Shown here: positions 48,588 to 59,000 of the stretch, one piece after another | How the letters are laid out: each line of letters starts with the position of its first letter | Numbering within the stretch: position 1 is the stretch's first letter | Notes under the pieces: generated by a model | Database searches by the model: none | Told to the model about the DNA's origin: nothing | The model's input: only the letters and a program-made list of their open reading frames with translations | Translations under genes and position numbers: made by a program | Assembly (NCBI GenBank): GCA_020726285.1 | Contig: DYSW01000003.1 | Location: 30,990-94,989 of the forward strand | Source: Melioribacter roseus | GTDB taxonomy: Bacteria; Bacteroidota; Ignavibacteria; Ignavibacteriales; Melioribacteraceae | Direction: 5' to 3' | DNA: 64,000 nucleotides

Positions 48588-51500
48588 ATGAAAAACATAA
48601 TAATATTATATATCGTACTTCTGAATTCTGTTTTCGCACAATTTGGTGTTAATAAAATTCAATATAAAGATCACGAATGGTTTTATGTTCAAACAAATCA
48701 TTTTGACATTTATTTTGACCAAGATGGCAAACAACTTGCTGATTTTGTGTCTGTAGTTGCCGAAACTTCGTTGGAATCTATACAAAGAGATTTTGATTAT
48801 GAAGTTCAGAATAGAATTTCTTTGATTTTATATAATTCTCACAATAATTTTCAGGAAACAAATACAACCACAAGTATGCTCGGACAAGGAACTGGTGGTT
48901 TTACAGAATTATTCAAAAATCGCGTGGTTTTTCCATTCGATGGTTCTTGGAAACTTTATCGTCACGTAATTCATCATGAAATGGTTCACGCAGTAATGAA
49001 TGACATGCTTTACGGCGGTTCGATACAAAATATTATTTCGAGAAATATTACTTTAAATTTACCATTATGGTTTCATGAAGGAATGGCGGAATTTCTATCT
49101 TCAACTTGGGAAACAAAATCAGATATGTTCATTCGAGATGCAGTACAAAATGAATATTTGCCTAATATTGAAGGTTTGGGTGGCTACTATGCTTATCGCG
49201 GTGGGCAATCTCTTTTTTATTACATTTCTCAGAAATATGGAAGAGAAAAAGTTGGCGAATTACTGAAAAAAACACACGATTTTGGTAGTTTAAAAAGCGG
49301 ATTGGAAGAAAGTCTTGGTTTAACAATAGAAGAATTAAACAATCAATGGAAAAAATATCTAAAAAGGGAATATTGGCCTGAAATAAATCAAATGAAAGAT
49401 CCAGAAGAATTTGCTAGAAAAATAACTGACAATAAGAAAAATGGTGGTTTTTATAACACATCGCCCTCAATTTCGCCACAAGGTGATAAAATAATTTTTA
49501 TTTCGGATAGAGATATAACCTATGATATTTACATAATGGATGCAAATGACGGGAAAGATGTAAAAAAAATTGTATCAACAGGCTCAACAATTGATTTTGA
49601 AGAACTAAATATTCTTTATCCTTCATTAACTTGGTCGCCAGATAACATTAAAGTGGCACTTTCAGAAAAGAGCGATGGTTATGATAAAATAGCAATTATC
49701 AATACAAAATCTGAAGAAATTAACTTTTTACCTATCAAGATGGAATCGATTGGCTCGGTTTCGTGGTCGAATGATGGAAAAATGATTGCATTTTCTGGAA
49801 GCGATACCAAACAATCTGACATTTATATTTATTATCTCGAAAATGATTCTTTAGTAAATCTTACAAATGATATTTTCTCTGATTTCGAACCACGTTGGTC
49901 GCCAAATAATCAGATTTTGTACTTTTCTTCAGATAGAAATGATTATCTAAATGACAAAAACCTTCCTGCAGATTTTAGAATGGTGAATGAGATTTATGAA
50001 TACAGTGACATTTATTCAATTGAAGAAAAATCTAAAAAAATCGTACGTTTAACAGATTGGAAATATAGTGATGAGGAATCGCCAATTATTTCCCCCGACG
50101 GAAAAGAAATGATTTTTGTATCTGATAAAAATGGTATTTCAAATCTATATAAATTGAAATTAGAAAAAGATTCTTCAAATTCTGATAACTATTCAGCTTT
50201 TCCAATCACTAATTCTTTAAATGAAGTTAATCAATTATCAATTTCTTCGGATGGCTCAAAATTAGTTTTTTCTTCTCAATTTAACGCAGCCTACAATATT
50301 TACCTAATTCTAAATCCATTCGAATTGCCCAAAATAGCCGATTCCTTAGAAAATACTTCTTTTATGCAAAAATTAGTAGTTCGTAAAAAGCCTTTTCATT
50401 CAATTCCATTTGATGTCGTTATTCCTGAATCACATGAAATGATAAGTGATAGTGGAATTTTGGTAAATTCAGAAGTATTAGCAGACACGGCTTTAGCTGA
50501 ATATCAAAATGACGGAAAATCTACAAAAACAGATTCTATTCAGACAAAATCTACCGATTTTGAAATTTACACAGGTGAATACGTTGATGAAAAGGACATT
50601 GAAGTTAATACTGGTTACAAAAATTATGTTTTTGGAGTTGATACCGTTTTTAATGCACAAGATACTACAAATCTCAATTCAAGTGATAAATTTGAAGCAA
50701 AACTTGATGAAGATGAAAATTATGCTGTAAAAAAATATAAAGTTCATTTTACTCCAGATATTGTTTATGCAAATGTTGGTTATAGTACATTTTACGGAGT
50801 TTTAGGATACACAACAATGTCATATAGCGATATTACAGGGGATCATCAAATTATCGGAATTTTGGGTTTGCAATCTGATTTGAAAAATAGTGATTATGGA
50901 ATTGCATATTATTATTTACCAAAAAGAATTGATTATGGAATTGAACTATTTCATACAGCAAGATATTTGTATTTGAAAGGAACTTCGGCAATTGAATTGA
51001 ATTTGTTTCGTAATTTTAGCAGTTTGTTTTCTGTAAATTACCCTTTAAGTAAATTTCACAGTTTAGGTGCAAGTATAAATTTTATGTATTTAACTTCTGC
51101 GAATTTAGATGATTATTCGGCACCAGAAAAAAATAGCTTTTACACAATCCCAGCAATTTCATATTCACATGATAATACAATGTGGGGATATTATTCGCCA
51201 ATTCAAGGAACAAGATATAGAATTACAATAATGGGAAATCCAGGTTTTACCAATTATAATGAATCGTTTTATTCTATTTTATGGGATTTTAGAAAATACT
51301 CGCGATTTTGGTTCGACAATAGTTTTGTCTTCAGATTTTCTGGCGGTTATTCAGGCGGAGCAAATCCACAAAGATTCTTTATTGGTGGAACTGAAGGTTG
51401 GTTGAATTATCAATGGGGAACAAATTCAATTCCAATTGATCAGCCTTCTGATTTTCTGTTTTTAACACCTGGGTTGCCATTGCGCGGATTTGATTATGCA

Positions 51501-51833
51501 GAACAAATTGGAACAAAATACGGATTATTAAACCTTGAATATAGATTCCCATTCTTCAGATATATCGTAGCTGGACCAGTTCCATTACTTTTTCAAAATA
51601 TTCTTGGAGCAACTTTTTTGGATGCTGGAAGTGCTTGGACAAACGATTCCAATTTGAAATTGGTCAGTAAAAATTCTAAAAATGAGAGCATTCTGAACGA
51701 TTTATTGCTTTCATCTGGAATTGGTTTGCGAACATATTTTGTGTTTATGTGGAAATTTGATGTAGCTTGGACAACTGATGGGCAAAATTGGACACAACCT
51801 CGTTATTATTTTTCACTTGGATTTGATTTTTAA
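48588..51833 (+). CDS. Outer-membrane fusion protein: MA-clan HExxH peptidase-like domain + PD40/TolB-type propeller repeats + Omp85-type C-terminal beta-barrel
   Basis: 1081 aa with signal peptide IVLLNSVFAQ. HEMVH followed by LWFHEGMAEF (gluzincin-like third ligand). Repeated S..G..I.F.SDR(D/N) ... (D/S)IY blades. The C-terminus LEYRFPF....GATFLDAGSAW...GIGLR...W..D.AW...YYFSLGFDF ends in an aromatic OMP beta-signal. Confidence 0.7.
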   Translation: MKNIIILYIVLLNSVFAQFGVNKIQYKDHEWFYVQTNHFDIYFDQDGKQLADFVSVVAETSLESIQRDFDYEVQNRISLILYNSHNNFQETNTTTSMLGQGTGGFTELFKNRVVFPFDGSWKLYRHVIHHEMVHAVMNDMLYGGSIQNIISRNITLNLPLWFHEGMAEFLSSTWETKSDMFIRDAVQNEYLPNIEGLGGYYAYRGGQSLFYYISQKYGREKVGELLKKTHDFGSLKSGLEESLGLTIEELNNQWKKYLKREYWPEINQMKDPEEFARKITDNKKNGGFYNTSPSISPQGDKIIFISDRDITYDIYIMDANDGKDVKKIVSTGSTIDFEELNILYPSLTWSPDNIKVALSEKSDGYDKIAIINTKSEEINFLPIKMESIGSVSWSNDGKMIAFSGSDTKQSDIYIYYLENDSLVNLTNDIFSDFEPRWSPNNQILYFSSDRNDYLNDKNLPADFRMVNEIYEYSDIYSIEEKSKKIVRLTDWKYSDEESPIISPDGKEMIFVSDKNGISNLYKLKLEKDSSNSDNYSAFPITNSLNEVNQLSISSDGSKLVFSSQFNAAYNIYLILNPFELPKIADSLENTSFMQKLVVRKKPFHSIPFDVVIPESHEMISDSGILVNSEVLADTALAEYQNDGKSTKTDSIQTKSTDFEIYTGEYVDEKDIEVNTGYKNYVFGVDTVFNAQDTTNLNSSDKFEAKLDEDENYAVKKYKVHFTPDIVYANVGYSTFYGVLGYTTMSYSDITGDHQIIGILGLQSDLKNSDYGIAYYYLPKRIDYGIELFHTARYLYLKGTSAIELNLFRNFSSLFSVNYPLSKFHSLGASINFMYLTSANLDDYSAPEKNSFYTIPAISYSHDNTMWGYYSPIQGTRYRITIMGNPGFTNYNESFYSILWDFRKYSRFWFDNSFVFRFSGGYSGGANPQRFFIGGTEGWLNYQWGTNSIPIDQPSDFLFLTPGLPLRGFDYAEQIGTKYGLLNLEYRFPFFRYIVAGPVPLLFQNILGATFLDAGSAWTNDSNLKLVSKNSKNESILNDLLLSSGIGLRTYFVFMWKFDVAWTTDGQNWTQPRYYFSLGFDF

Positions 51834-51857
51834 CAAAGAAATTGATTAGGAAAATTT

Positions 51858-52793
51858 ATGAGTTATTACGATAGAGATTATTATCGACCAACCGGTTTTG
51901 GTGGATTTTCTTTTTTCCCACCAATTATTAAACAGCTACTTATTATAAATATTGTTGTATTTATTCTTCAGCAAATGATGAATAATATCGCTTTCGGTGA
52001 AATACCTGGTTGGTATTTGCTTAACCATTATTTTGCATTAAATCCTTTGGTTGGATTTGATAGATTTGGCGAAAGTAACAATTTTCAAATCTGGCAATTA
52101 TTCACATATCAATTTATGCATGGCGGATTTTCTCACATTTTTTACAATATGTTAATGCTTTGGATGTTTGGAATGGAAATAGAAAACATTTGGGGCTCAA
52201 AAAAATTTTTAATCTTTTATTTAACTTCAGGCGTTGGTGCTGGTTTAGTTCAAATACTTCTTGCTCCTATTTTTGAAAATTCATTAGCTCCTGTAATGGG
52301 AGCTTCGGGTTCAGTTTTTGGTGTAATGCTTGCTTTTGCAATGCTTTTTCCAAATAGGTATATTTTTCTATATTTTCTTGTTCCGCTAAAAGCAAAATAT
52401 TTAATCGGTTTCTTATTTATTGTCGAATTACTTTCTGTTGGCGGATTATCTATGGTCGCACATTTAGCTCATATTGGAGGAGCAGTTACTGGTGCAATTT
52501 TCGTGTTATTAGATAAAAATTTTCACTTTAATTTTGAAAACTTGAAATTTTTCTCTATACCAAAAAAAACAAAAAAGCGACCGCAAAATAATTTCAGGAA
52601 ACCATTTTCTGCTAAAAAAGATAATATTCAGGATGCAGAATTTTATGATATAAATTCTTTGAGCAAACAAGCTGAACAAGAAATTTCTCAATCTACAATT
52701 GATGCAATTCTTGATAAAATATCGCAAAGCGGTTATAAAAATTTGACTGAAGAAGAAAAAAGAATTCTATTTGAAGCAAGTAAGAAAAAATGA
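51858..52793 (+). CDS. Rhomboid-family intramembrane serine protease with C-terminal soluble extension
   Basis: 311 aa. HGG..H...N motif (MHGGFSHIFYNM), catalytic GASGSVFG, and the His helix AHLAHIGGA. About 90 extra C-terminal residues. Confidence 0.88.
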   Translation: MSYYDRDYYRPTGFGGFSFFPPIIKQLLIINIVVFILQQMMNNIAFGEIPGWYLLNHYFALNPLVGFDRFGESNNFQIWQLFTYQFMHGGFSHIFYNMLMLWMFGMEIENIWGSKKFLIFYLTSGVGAGLVQILLAPIFENSLAPVMGASGSVFGVMLAFAMLFPNRYIFLYFLVPLKAKYLIGFLFIVELLSVGGLSMVAHLAHIGGAVTGAIFVLLDKNFHFNFENLKFFSIPKKTKKRPQNNFRKPFSAKKDNIQDAEFYDINSLSKQAEQEISQSTIDAILDKISQSGYKNLTEEEKRILFEASKKK

Positions 52794-53104
52794 AATATTT
52801 AATAATTACTTTCGTTAGTTTCATTCTTGTTAGTTGTAGTTTGTGGGAAAACTCAAGAAAAAAAGAAGATTTACCGAAGATTTACATTGATTTGCTTATT
52901 TTAGCGAATTCTCCAACTCAGACTTACAAGTTCAAACAAGATTCAATTTTAGCTAGCTATAAAATAACCAAAGAAGAATATGATAAACTTCTTTTGGAAT
53001 TGATGAAAAGTGAAGAAGATTGGAATGAATTTACAGATGAAGCCACAATCTATCTCGATACGCTTAAACTACAAGCCAGAAGAGGTAAGTTTACTCCAAA
53101 GTAA
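52790..53104 (+). CDS. Small lipoprotein of unknown function
   Basis: 104 aa. Lipobox FILVSC at residues 11-16. ATGA overlap with the rhomboid gene. Confidence 0.6.
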   Translation: MKYLIITFVSFILVSCSLWENSRKKEDLPKIYIDLLILANSPTQTYKFKQDSILASYKITKEEYDKLLLELMKSEEDWNEFTDEATIYLDTLKLQARRGKFTPK

Positions 53105-53396
53105 TTATAGTAATTTCTGCACTTGAATTATAACGAATTGGTGCTCCAGACATTCCCAAACCACGATTTACGTAAGCGAGCATTTCTCCAAAATAAAATT
53201 TTTCACGAACGTATTTTCCTTCCAAAGTTGATGCAGACAGATTTATGAAAGGGAAGAAAATTACTACTTGACCGCCGTGTGTATGTCCTTTTGCTTTTCC
53301 AACTTATATTACTGAAAGAATAGGAATTTGGTGTAATAAATAATTTAAGTTAGATTTTTTTCCATTTTTTATTTTATATTTACCATAAAAGAACAT
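53091..53396 (-). pseudogene. Relic of a YkuE/YaeI-type metallophosphoesterase (3' half only, in-frame TAA)
   Basis: The minus strand reads MFFYGKYKIKNGKKSNLNYLLHQIPILSVI, then a stop (TAA, plus-strand 53304..53306). It continues VGKAKGHTHGGQVVIFFPFINLSASTLEGKYVREKFYFGEMLAYVNRGLGMSGAPIRYNSSAEITIITLE to the final stop. GHTHGGQ ... Y.NRGLG ... P.R.N..(P/A)EI..I.L is the family's C-terminal signature. The N-terminal metal-binding half (GDxH, GDxxD, GNHD) is absent because yggS starts at 53422. Confidence 0.7.
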
Positions 53397-53421
53397 AGAT
53401 TATTTATCCTTCTTTTTTAAG

Positions 53422-54144
53422 ATGCTAACAGAAAATTTACATATTGTAACCCAAAAAATTATTTCTGCTTGCCATAATTCTGGCAGAAATATCAGTGATA
53501 TAAAGCTTTTAGCAATTTCCAAAACTAAACCAATTTGGATGATTGAAGAGTTATTCAAAAATGGAATTACAGATTTTGCAGAAAGCAAAGCACAGGATTT
53601 TCGAGATAAAGTTGAAATAATAAAAATGCCAATTAATTGGCATTTTGTTGGAAATCTGCAAAAAAATAAAATTAAATATGTTGTTGGAAAAGCTAAATTA
53701 ATACACTCGGTTGATAATTTCGATATTGCCGACGAAATCAATAAAAGAGCAGAAATCTTAAATACAATTCAACCAATTTTAATTGAAGTGAATACTTCTG
53801 AAGAAGAGACAAAACACGGACTTATTACTGAAAATGATGTTTTGGCATTGTTAGAAAGTTGTAAAAAAATGAAGAATATCAAGGTAATTGGTTTGATGAC
53901 TATGGCACCTTTTACTGAAGACAAAGAACGAATTAGACAAAGTTTTGCAAGATTAAAAAAAAATATGAATAATTTCAATAAACAAGGCTTTAGTTTATTT
54001 GAACTTTCGATGGGAATGTCAAATGATTTTGAAATTGCAATTGAAGAAGGGGCAACAATTATTCGTTTAGGAACTATTTTATTTGGGGAAAGAAATTTAC
54101 AACAAGATTGGCGTAAAAATGGCAATAACTCCATTAGATATTGA
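53422..54144 (+). CDS. yggS: YggS-family pyridoxal-phosphate-binding protein (PLPBP)
   Basis: 240 aa. PLP-lysine block LLAISKTKP, WHFVGNLQKNK, LSMGMSNDF and IRLGT.LFG. Confidence 0.9.
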   Translation: MLTENLHIVTQKIISACHNSGRNISDIKLLAISKTKPIWMIEELFKNGITDFAESKAQDFRDKVEIIKMPINWHFVGNLQKNKIKYVVGKAKLIHSVDNFDIADEINKRAEILNTIQPILIEVNTSEEETKHGLITENDVLALLESCKKMKNIKVIGLMTMAPFTEDKERIRQSFARLKKNMNNFNKQGFSLFELSMGMSNDFEIAIEEGATIIRLGTILFGERNLQQDWRKNGNNSIRY

Positions 54145-54604
54145 AAAACAAGAATTTAGCAATTCTTTTTTTGGATTTAGCAAAGTTGAAGTTGAGACTT
54201 ATCTTTATCAAGTAGCTCAAGAATTTCATAGAATTATTAAAGAAAATACAGACCTAAAATCTAAAATTGAAATTCTAAGTTTTGATATCGAGAAGTACAA
54301 GAAAATTGAAAACAATCTTCAAATTACTTTACTCAATGCACAAGAAAATACGCAAAAAATCCAGAATGATGCAAAAATTGCAAGCGAACAAGTTTTAGCT
54401 GATGCAATTAGCAACGCAGAAAAAATACAAAAAGAAGCAGAAGAAAATGCAAAAAACATTCGGAATTCAGTTCACGATTTGCAAGAATCAAAAAACAGGC
54501 TTATTTCCGAACTAAGATCAATAATTACAACTCAAGAATTATTACTTGCCAGAAAAGGATTTTCTACAGAGTTCAAAACACTAACTAATCCGGAAAACGA
54601 ATGA
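54119..54604 (+). CDS. DivIVA-domain protein
   Basis: The start is taken at the ATG at 54119 (MAITPLDIEKQEFSNSFFGFSKVEVETYL), which is the canonical DivIVA N-terminus. A coiled-coil body follows. The ORF-track start at 54083 adds 12 non-conserved residues. Confidence 0.8.
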   Translation: MAITPLDIEKQEFSNSFFGFSKVEVETYLYQVAQEFHRIIKENTDLKSKIEILSFDIEKYKKIENNLQITLLNAQENTQKIQNDAKIASEQVLADAISNAEKIQKEAEENAKNIRNSVHDLQESKNRLISELRSIITTQELLLARKGFSTEFKTLTNPENE

Positions 54605-55422
54605 GCGAATTATTAAAGAATATTCAAGAAGTATTACAAGTTATTAGTCAAAAAACTACAAAAAAATATGAAATTGGAATTATACTTGGTACTGGACTTG
54701 GCGGTTTAGTAAAAGACACCGAAGTTGAATTTACTTTTGATTATTCTGAATTACCACATTTTCCTCTTTCTACTGTTGAATCACACGTGGGGAAAATGAT
54801 TTTCGGTTCAATTGCTGGTAAAAATGTAGTAGTACTTCAAGGTAGATTTCATTATTACGAAGGTTATACAATGCAGCAAATAACTTTTCCGGTTCGTGTA
54901 ATGAAATTCTTGGGTGTTAAAAATTTACTTGTATCAAATGCGTGTGGTGGAATGAATCCAATCTACAAACGTGGGGATTTAATGATTATAAACGATCACA
55001 TTAATTTACTTGGCGATAATCCTTTAATCGGCAAAAATGAAGATAAACTTGGTCCACGTTTTCCAGATATGAGCGAACCTTATTCTGAAGAATTAATTCA
55101 AATTGCTGAAAAAGTAGCACTTGAAAATAAAATAAAAGTACAAAAAGGAGTTTATGTAGCAGTTTCTGGTCCAAATTTGGAAACAAAGGCTGAATATCGC
55201 TTCTTAAGAACAATTGGAGCCGATGTTGTTGGAATGTCCACAGTTCCTGAAAATATTGTTGCAAACCACATGGGAATCAAGGTTCTAGGAATTAGTATTG
55301 TTACAGACGAATGTTTTCCAGATTCACTAAAACCAGTAAGTGTTGAAGAAGTTATAGAAGCTGCAAACTTAGCCGAACCAAAAATGACAAAAATTTTCCA
55401 CGAAGTTATAAAAGAGTTATAA
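54601..55422 (+). CDS. punA: Purine nucleoside phosphorylase (PunA/DeoD-II, inosine-guanosine type)
   Basis: 273 aa. ILGTGLGG, GR.H.YEGY, N..GGMN, GPNLET.AE and VGMSTVPE. Confidence 0.92.
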   Translation: MSELLKNIQEVLQVISQKTTKKYEIGIILGTGLGGLVKDTEVEFTFDYSELPHFPLSTVESHVGKMIFGSIAGKNVVVLQGRFHYYEGYTMQQITFPVRVMKFLGVKNLLVSNACGGMNPIYKRGDLMIINDHINLLGDNPLIGKNEDKLGPRFPDMSEPYSEELIQIAEKVALENKIKVQKGVYVAVSGPNLETKAEYRFLRTIGADVVGMSTVPENIVANHMGIKVLGISIVTDECFPDSLKPVSVEEVIEAANLAEPKMTKIFHEVIKEL

Positions 55423-56031
55423 ATGAAAAAAACAAATATTTCATATTATTTGGTTGGCATTTTGATTTTATTTATAGTTACGGCTTCAAATTTTGTAAAT
55501 ATTCAAATTCAAAGTACAGAATTTAAGTCGATAGCTATTTGGTTTATACTATCTTCGCTTGGGTTTATTTTTGGTTGGATTTTGAATAAAATATCAGATT
55601 GGAAAAACGGCGGTAGTTTATTAATAATAATTCTAATATTTTCAGTTGTAATTGTAATTTTAAATTCTGTAGTTAATAATTTTCAAATTGGAATAGAATC
55701 AAAAATAATATTAATAATAACTCAAGTTCTAAAATCCTTATTAATACTTTCAGTAACTGCTTTTGGATTTTCATTTGCAGAAAATTTATCAAAAAAATAT
55801 CTTCAAGAAAATCTTACGCAAACCGAATCTGAAATCAATCTAAAGATTCAAAATTCAGAAGAAAAGGCAAGAATGATTATTGAAAAGGCTGAAAACATAA
55901 AACAAACAATAATTCAAGATTCGCAAACTGCAGTAACAGAATTAGAACAAAATGAATTTAAATTAAAAATAAAATTAAATGAATTAATCTCAGCTGAAAA
56001 AGAGATTTTATCAAAATATGAACTTAAATAG
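55423..56031 (+). CDS. Membrane protein of unknown function (about 4 TM plus C-terminal coiled coil)
   Basis: 202 aa. Hydrophobic spans in the first ~120 residues, then a charged heptad-like tail. Starts immediately after the punA stop. Confidence 0.55.
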   Translation: MKKTNISYYLVGILILFIVTASNFVNIQIQSTEFKSIAIWFILSSLGFIFGWILNKISDWKNGGSLLIIILIFSVVIVILNSVVNNFQIGIESKIILIITQVLKSLLILSVTAFGFSFAENLSKKYLQENLTQTESEINLKIQNSEEKARMIIEKAENIKQTIIQDSQTAVTELEQNEFKLKIKLNELISAEKEILSKYELK

Positions 56032-56042
56032 ATAGAAAAATT

Positions 56043-59000
56043 ATGTTTAAACAATATAAAAAAGTTGATTATCCAGAAATAGAAAAACAAATTCTTCAGA
56101 ATTGGAAGGAAAATCAAATATTTGAAAAAAGTATTTCATCTCGAGATGAAAATAAACCTTTTACTTTTTATGAAGGACCACCAACCGCCAACGGAAAACC
56201 GGGAATTCATCACGTAATGGCTCGAAGTTTGAAAGACTTGGTTTGTCGCTACAAAACATTGCAAGGTTACAGAGTTCACAGAAAAGCCGGTTGGGATACT
56301 CACGGTTTGCCAGTTGAAATTGAAGTTGAAAAGCAACTTGGAATTAAGAATAAAAGTGAAATTCCAGAATTTGGAGTCGCAAAATATAACAAAGCATGCT
56401 ACAATTCGGTGTTTACTTACAAAGAACTTTGGGAACAAATGACTGAAAGAATGGGATATTGGGTTAATCTTTCAGAACCATACATTACTTGCGACCAAAA
56501 TTACATCGAATCTGTTTGGTGGGCATTAAAAACTATGTTCGATAAAGGATTACTTTTCAAAGATTATAAAATTGTTCCACAATGTCCACGCTCCGAAACT
56601 GTTCTCTCATCACACGAATTGGCACTCGGATATAAAGAAACAAAAGATCCTTCTGTTTTTGTGCTGTTCAAAATCAATGACGAAAAATTTGCTAACGAAG
56701 AAATTTTCTTTTTGGTTTGGACAACAACTCCTTGGACTTTAATTTCAAACGTGGCAGTTGCAGTTGGACCAAATATAGATTACGTAAAAATCAAAACTGA
56801 CAATAAATTGATGATTTTGGCTAAAGAAAGATTGTCAGTTATTCAAAATGAATATGAAATTATTTCTGAATACAAAGGAAAGGATTTAGTTGGAACAAGT
56901 TATAAACAACTATTTGATTATTGCACAGTAGATAAAAAAGCATTTTTTGCTATCGAAGCTAATTTTGTAAGCACTGAAGATGGTTCGGGAATTGTTCATA
57001 TTGCCCCAGCTTTCGGTGCTGACGATTATGAAATATCAAAGAAAAATAATTTACCATTTTTACAACCAGTTCGAAGGAATGGAACATTTACTGAAGAAGT
57101 TACTGATTTCGAAAATCAATTTGTAAAAGATGCTGACGCGGGAATTATTCTAAAATTAAAAGAAAATGGTCAACTCTACAGAAAGGAAACAATACTTCAC
57201 ACTTATCCGTTTAGTTGGCGTTTTGATGATGTTCCTGTAATTTATTACGCACGCGAATCTTGGTTTATTCGAACAACAAGTATTGCAGACAAAATGGTTG
57301 AATTAAACAAAACAATCAATTGGTATCCGCCAGAAGTTGGTTCGGGAAGATTTGGAAATTGGTTGGAAGAAAATAAAGATTGGGCACTTTCGCGTGATAG
57401 ATTTTGGGCAACTCCACTTCCAATTTGGATTTCGGAAGATAACGAAATGTTTGCTGTTGGAAGCGTTGCCGAATTAAAAGAAGGTTTTATCGTCAAAAAT
57501 GGGGAAAAAGTAAAAGTATCTGCTTTGGATGAAAGTGAAATCGATTTACATAAACCGTTTGTGGACGAAGTTTTCTTTGAAAAAAATGGGAAAATATTCA
57601 ATCGCACACCTGAATTAATTGACGTTTGGTTTGATTCGGGAGCAATGCCATTTGCACAATTACATTATCCATTTGAAAACAAAGAATTATTTGAAAAGAA
57701 TTATCCAGCTGATTTCATTTGCGAAGGAATTGACCAAACTCGCGGTTGGTTTTATACTTTACACGCAATCGGAACAATGTTATTCGGAAAAGTTGCGTAC
57801 AAAAATTTAATTGTTAACGAACTTATTCTCGATAAAAATGGCTTGAAAATGTCAAAATCTCGAGGAAATACAGTAAATCCTTTCGAATTATTTGATAAAT
57901 ACGGAGCTGATGCCACACGTTGGTATTTGGTTACTACAAGTCCGCCTTGGAAGCCAACATTGTTCGATGAAGAAGGAATTTTAGAAGTACAGAGAAAGTT
58001 TTTTGGAACAATTATAAATTCATACTCTTTCTTTGCACTTTATGCAAATTTGGATAACTTCACATATTCTGAAACACAAATTCCATACGAAAACCGTCCA
58101 GAAATTGATAGATGGATAATTTCAAAAATGAATTCGGTTGTTAAAGAATATCAAATATTAATGGATTCGTATGAAGTTACAAAAGCTGCAAGATTAGTTT
58201 CGGATTTTACTATCGATGAAGTTTCAAATTGGTATGTTCGCCGAAATCGTCGCAGATTTTGGAAATCTGAAATTAATGAGAACAAACTTGCTGCTTATCA
58301 AACTTTGTATGAAGTACTAATAACAATTACCAAATTAGCATCTCCATTTGCTCCATTTATTTCGGATGAAATATATCAGAATCTTAATACAATTACTCAG
58401 AAAGAAAATTTCGAATCTGTACATCTAACTTCAATTCCATTAACAACTTACGTTGATAAATATCTTGAAGATAAAATGGAAATAGCTCAGAGAGTAGTTT
58501 TTCTAACTCGTTCGATGCGAGCAAAAGGTAATTTGAAAGTACGCCAACCACTTCAGAAAATTATGGTTGCAGTAAATCAAGAAAAGCGAGAAGCAATCAG
58601 TGAAATGCAAGATGTTATTTTAGAAGAAATTAATATCAAACATCTTGAACTTCTACTCGACGATTCTGGAATAGTAAGTAAATCGGCAAAACCCAACTTT
58701 AAAGTTATAGGTCCCAAATACGGAAAATTAGTAAAACCACTTACAAATGCAATTAAAGAAATGACAAAAGAACAAATTGCAGAGCTTGAAAAAAATGGGA
58801 AAATTACACTTTCGGTTGAAAATGAATCGTTATTAGTTGGTTTTGATGAAATTGAAATTTTATCAACTCAAATAGAAGGTTGGATGGTTGAAACAGAAAA
58901 TGGTTTAACTGTTGCAATCGACACAGAATTAAATGAAAATTTGATTGCCGAAGGTTATGCAAGGGAATTTGTCAATAGAGTTCAGAACATGCGAAAAGAC

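Noticed and set aside
54083-54118. Upstream ATG for the DivIVA-domain gene.
   Set aside because: DivIVA proteins start essentially at the M-x-(I/L)-T-P-L-D-I motif, which begins at 54119. The upstream 12 codons lie deep inside yggS.
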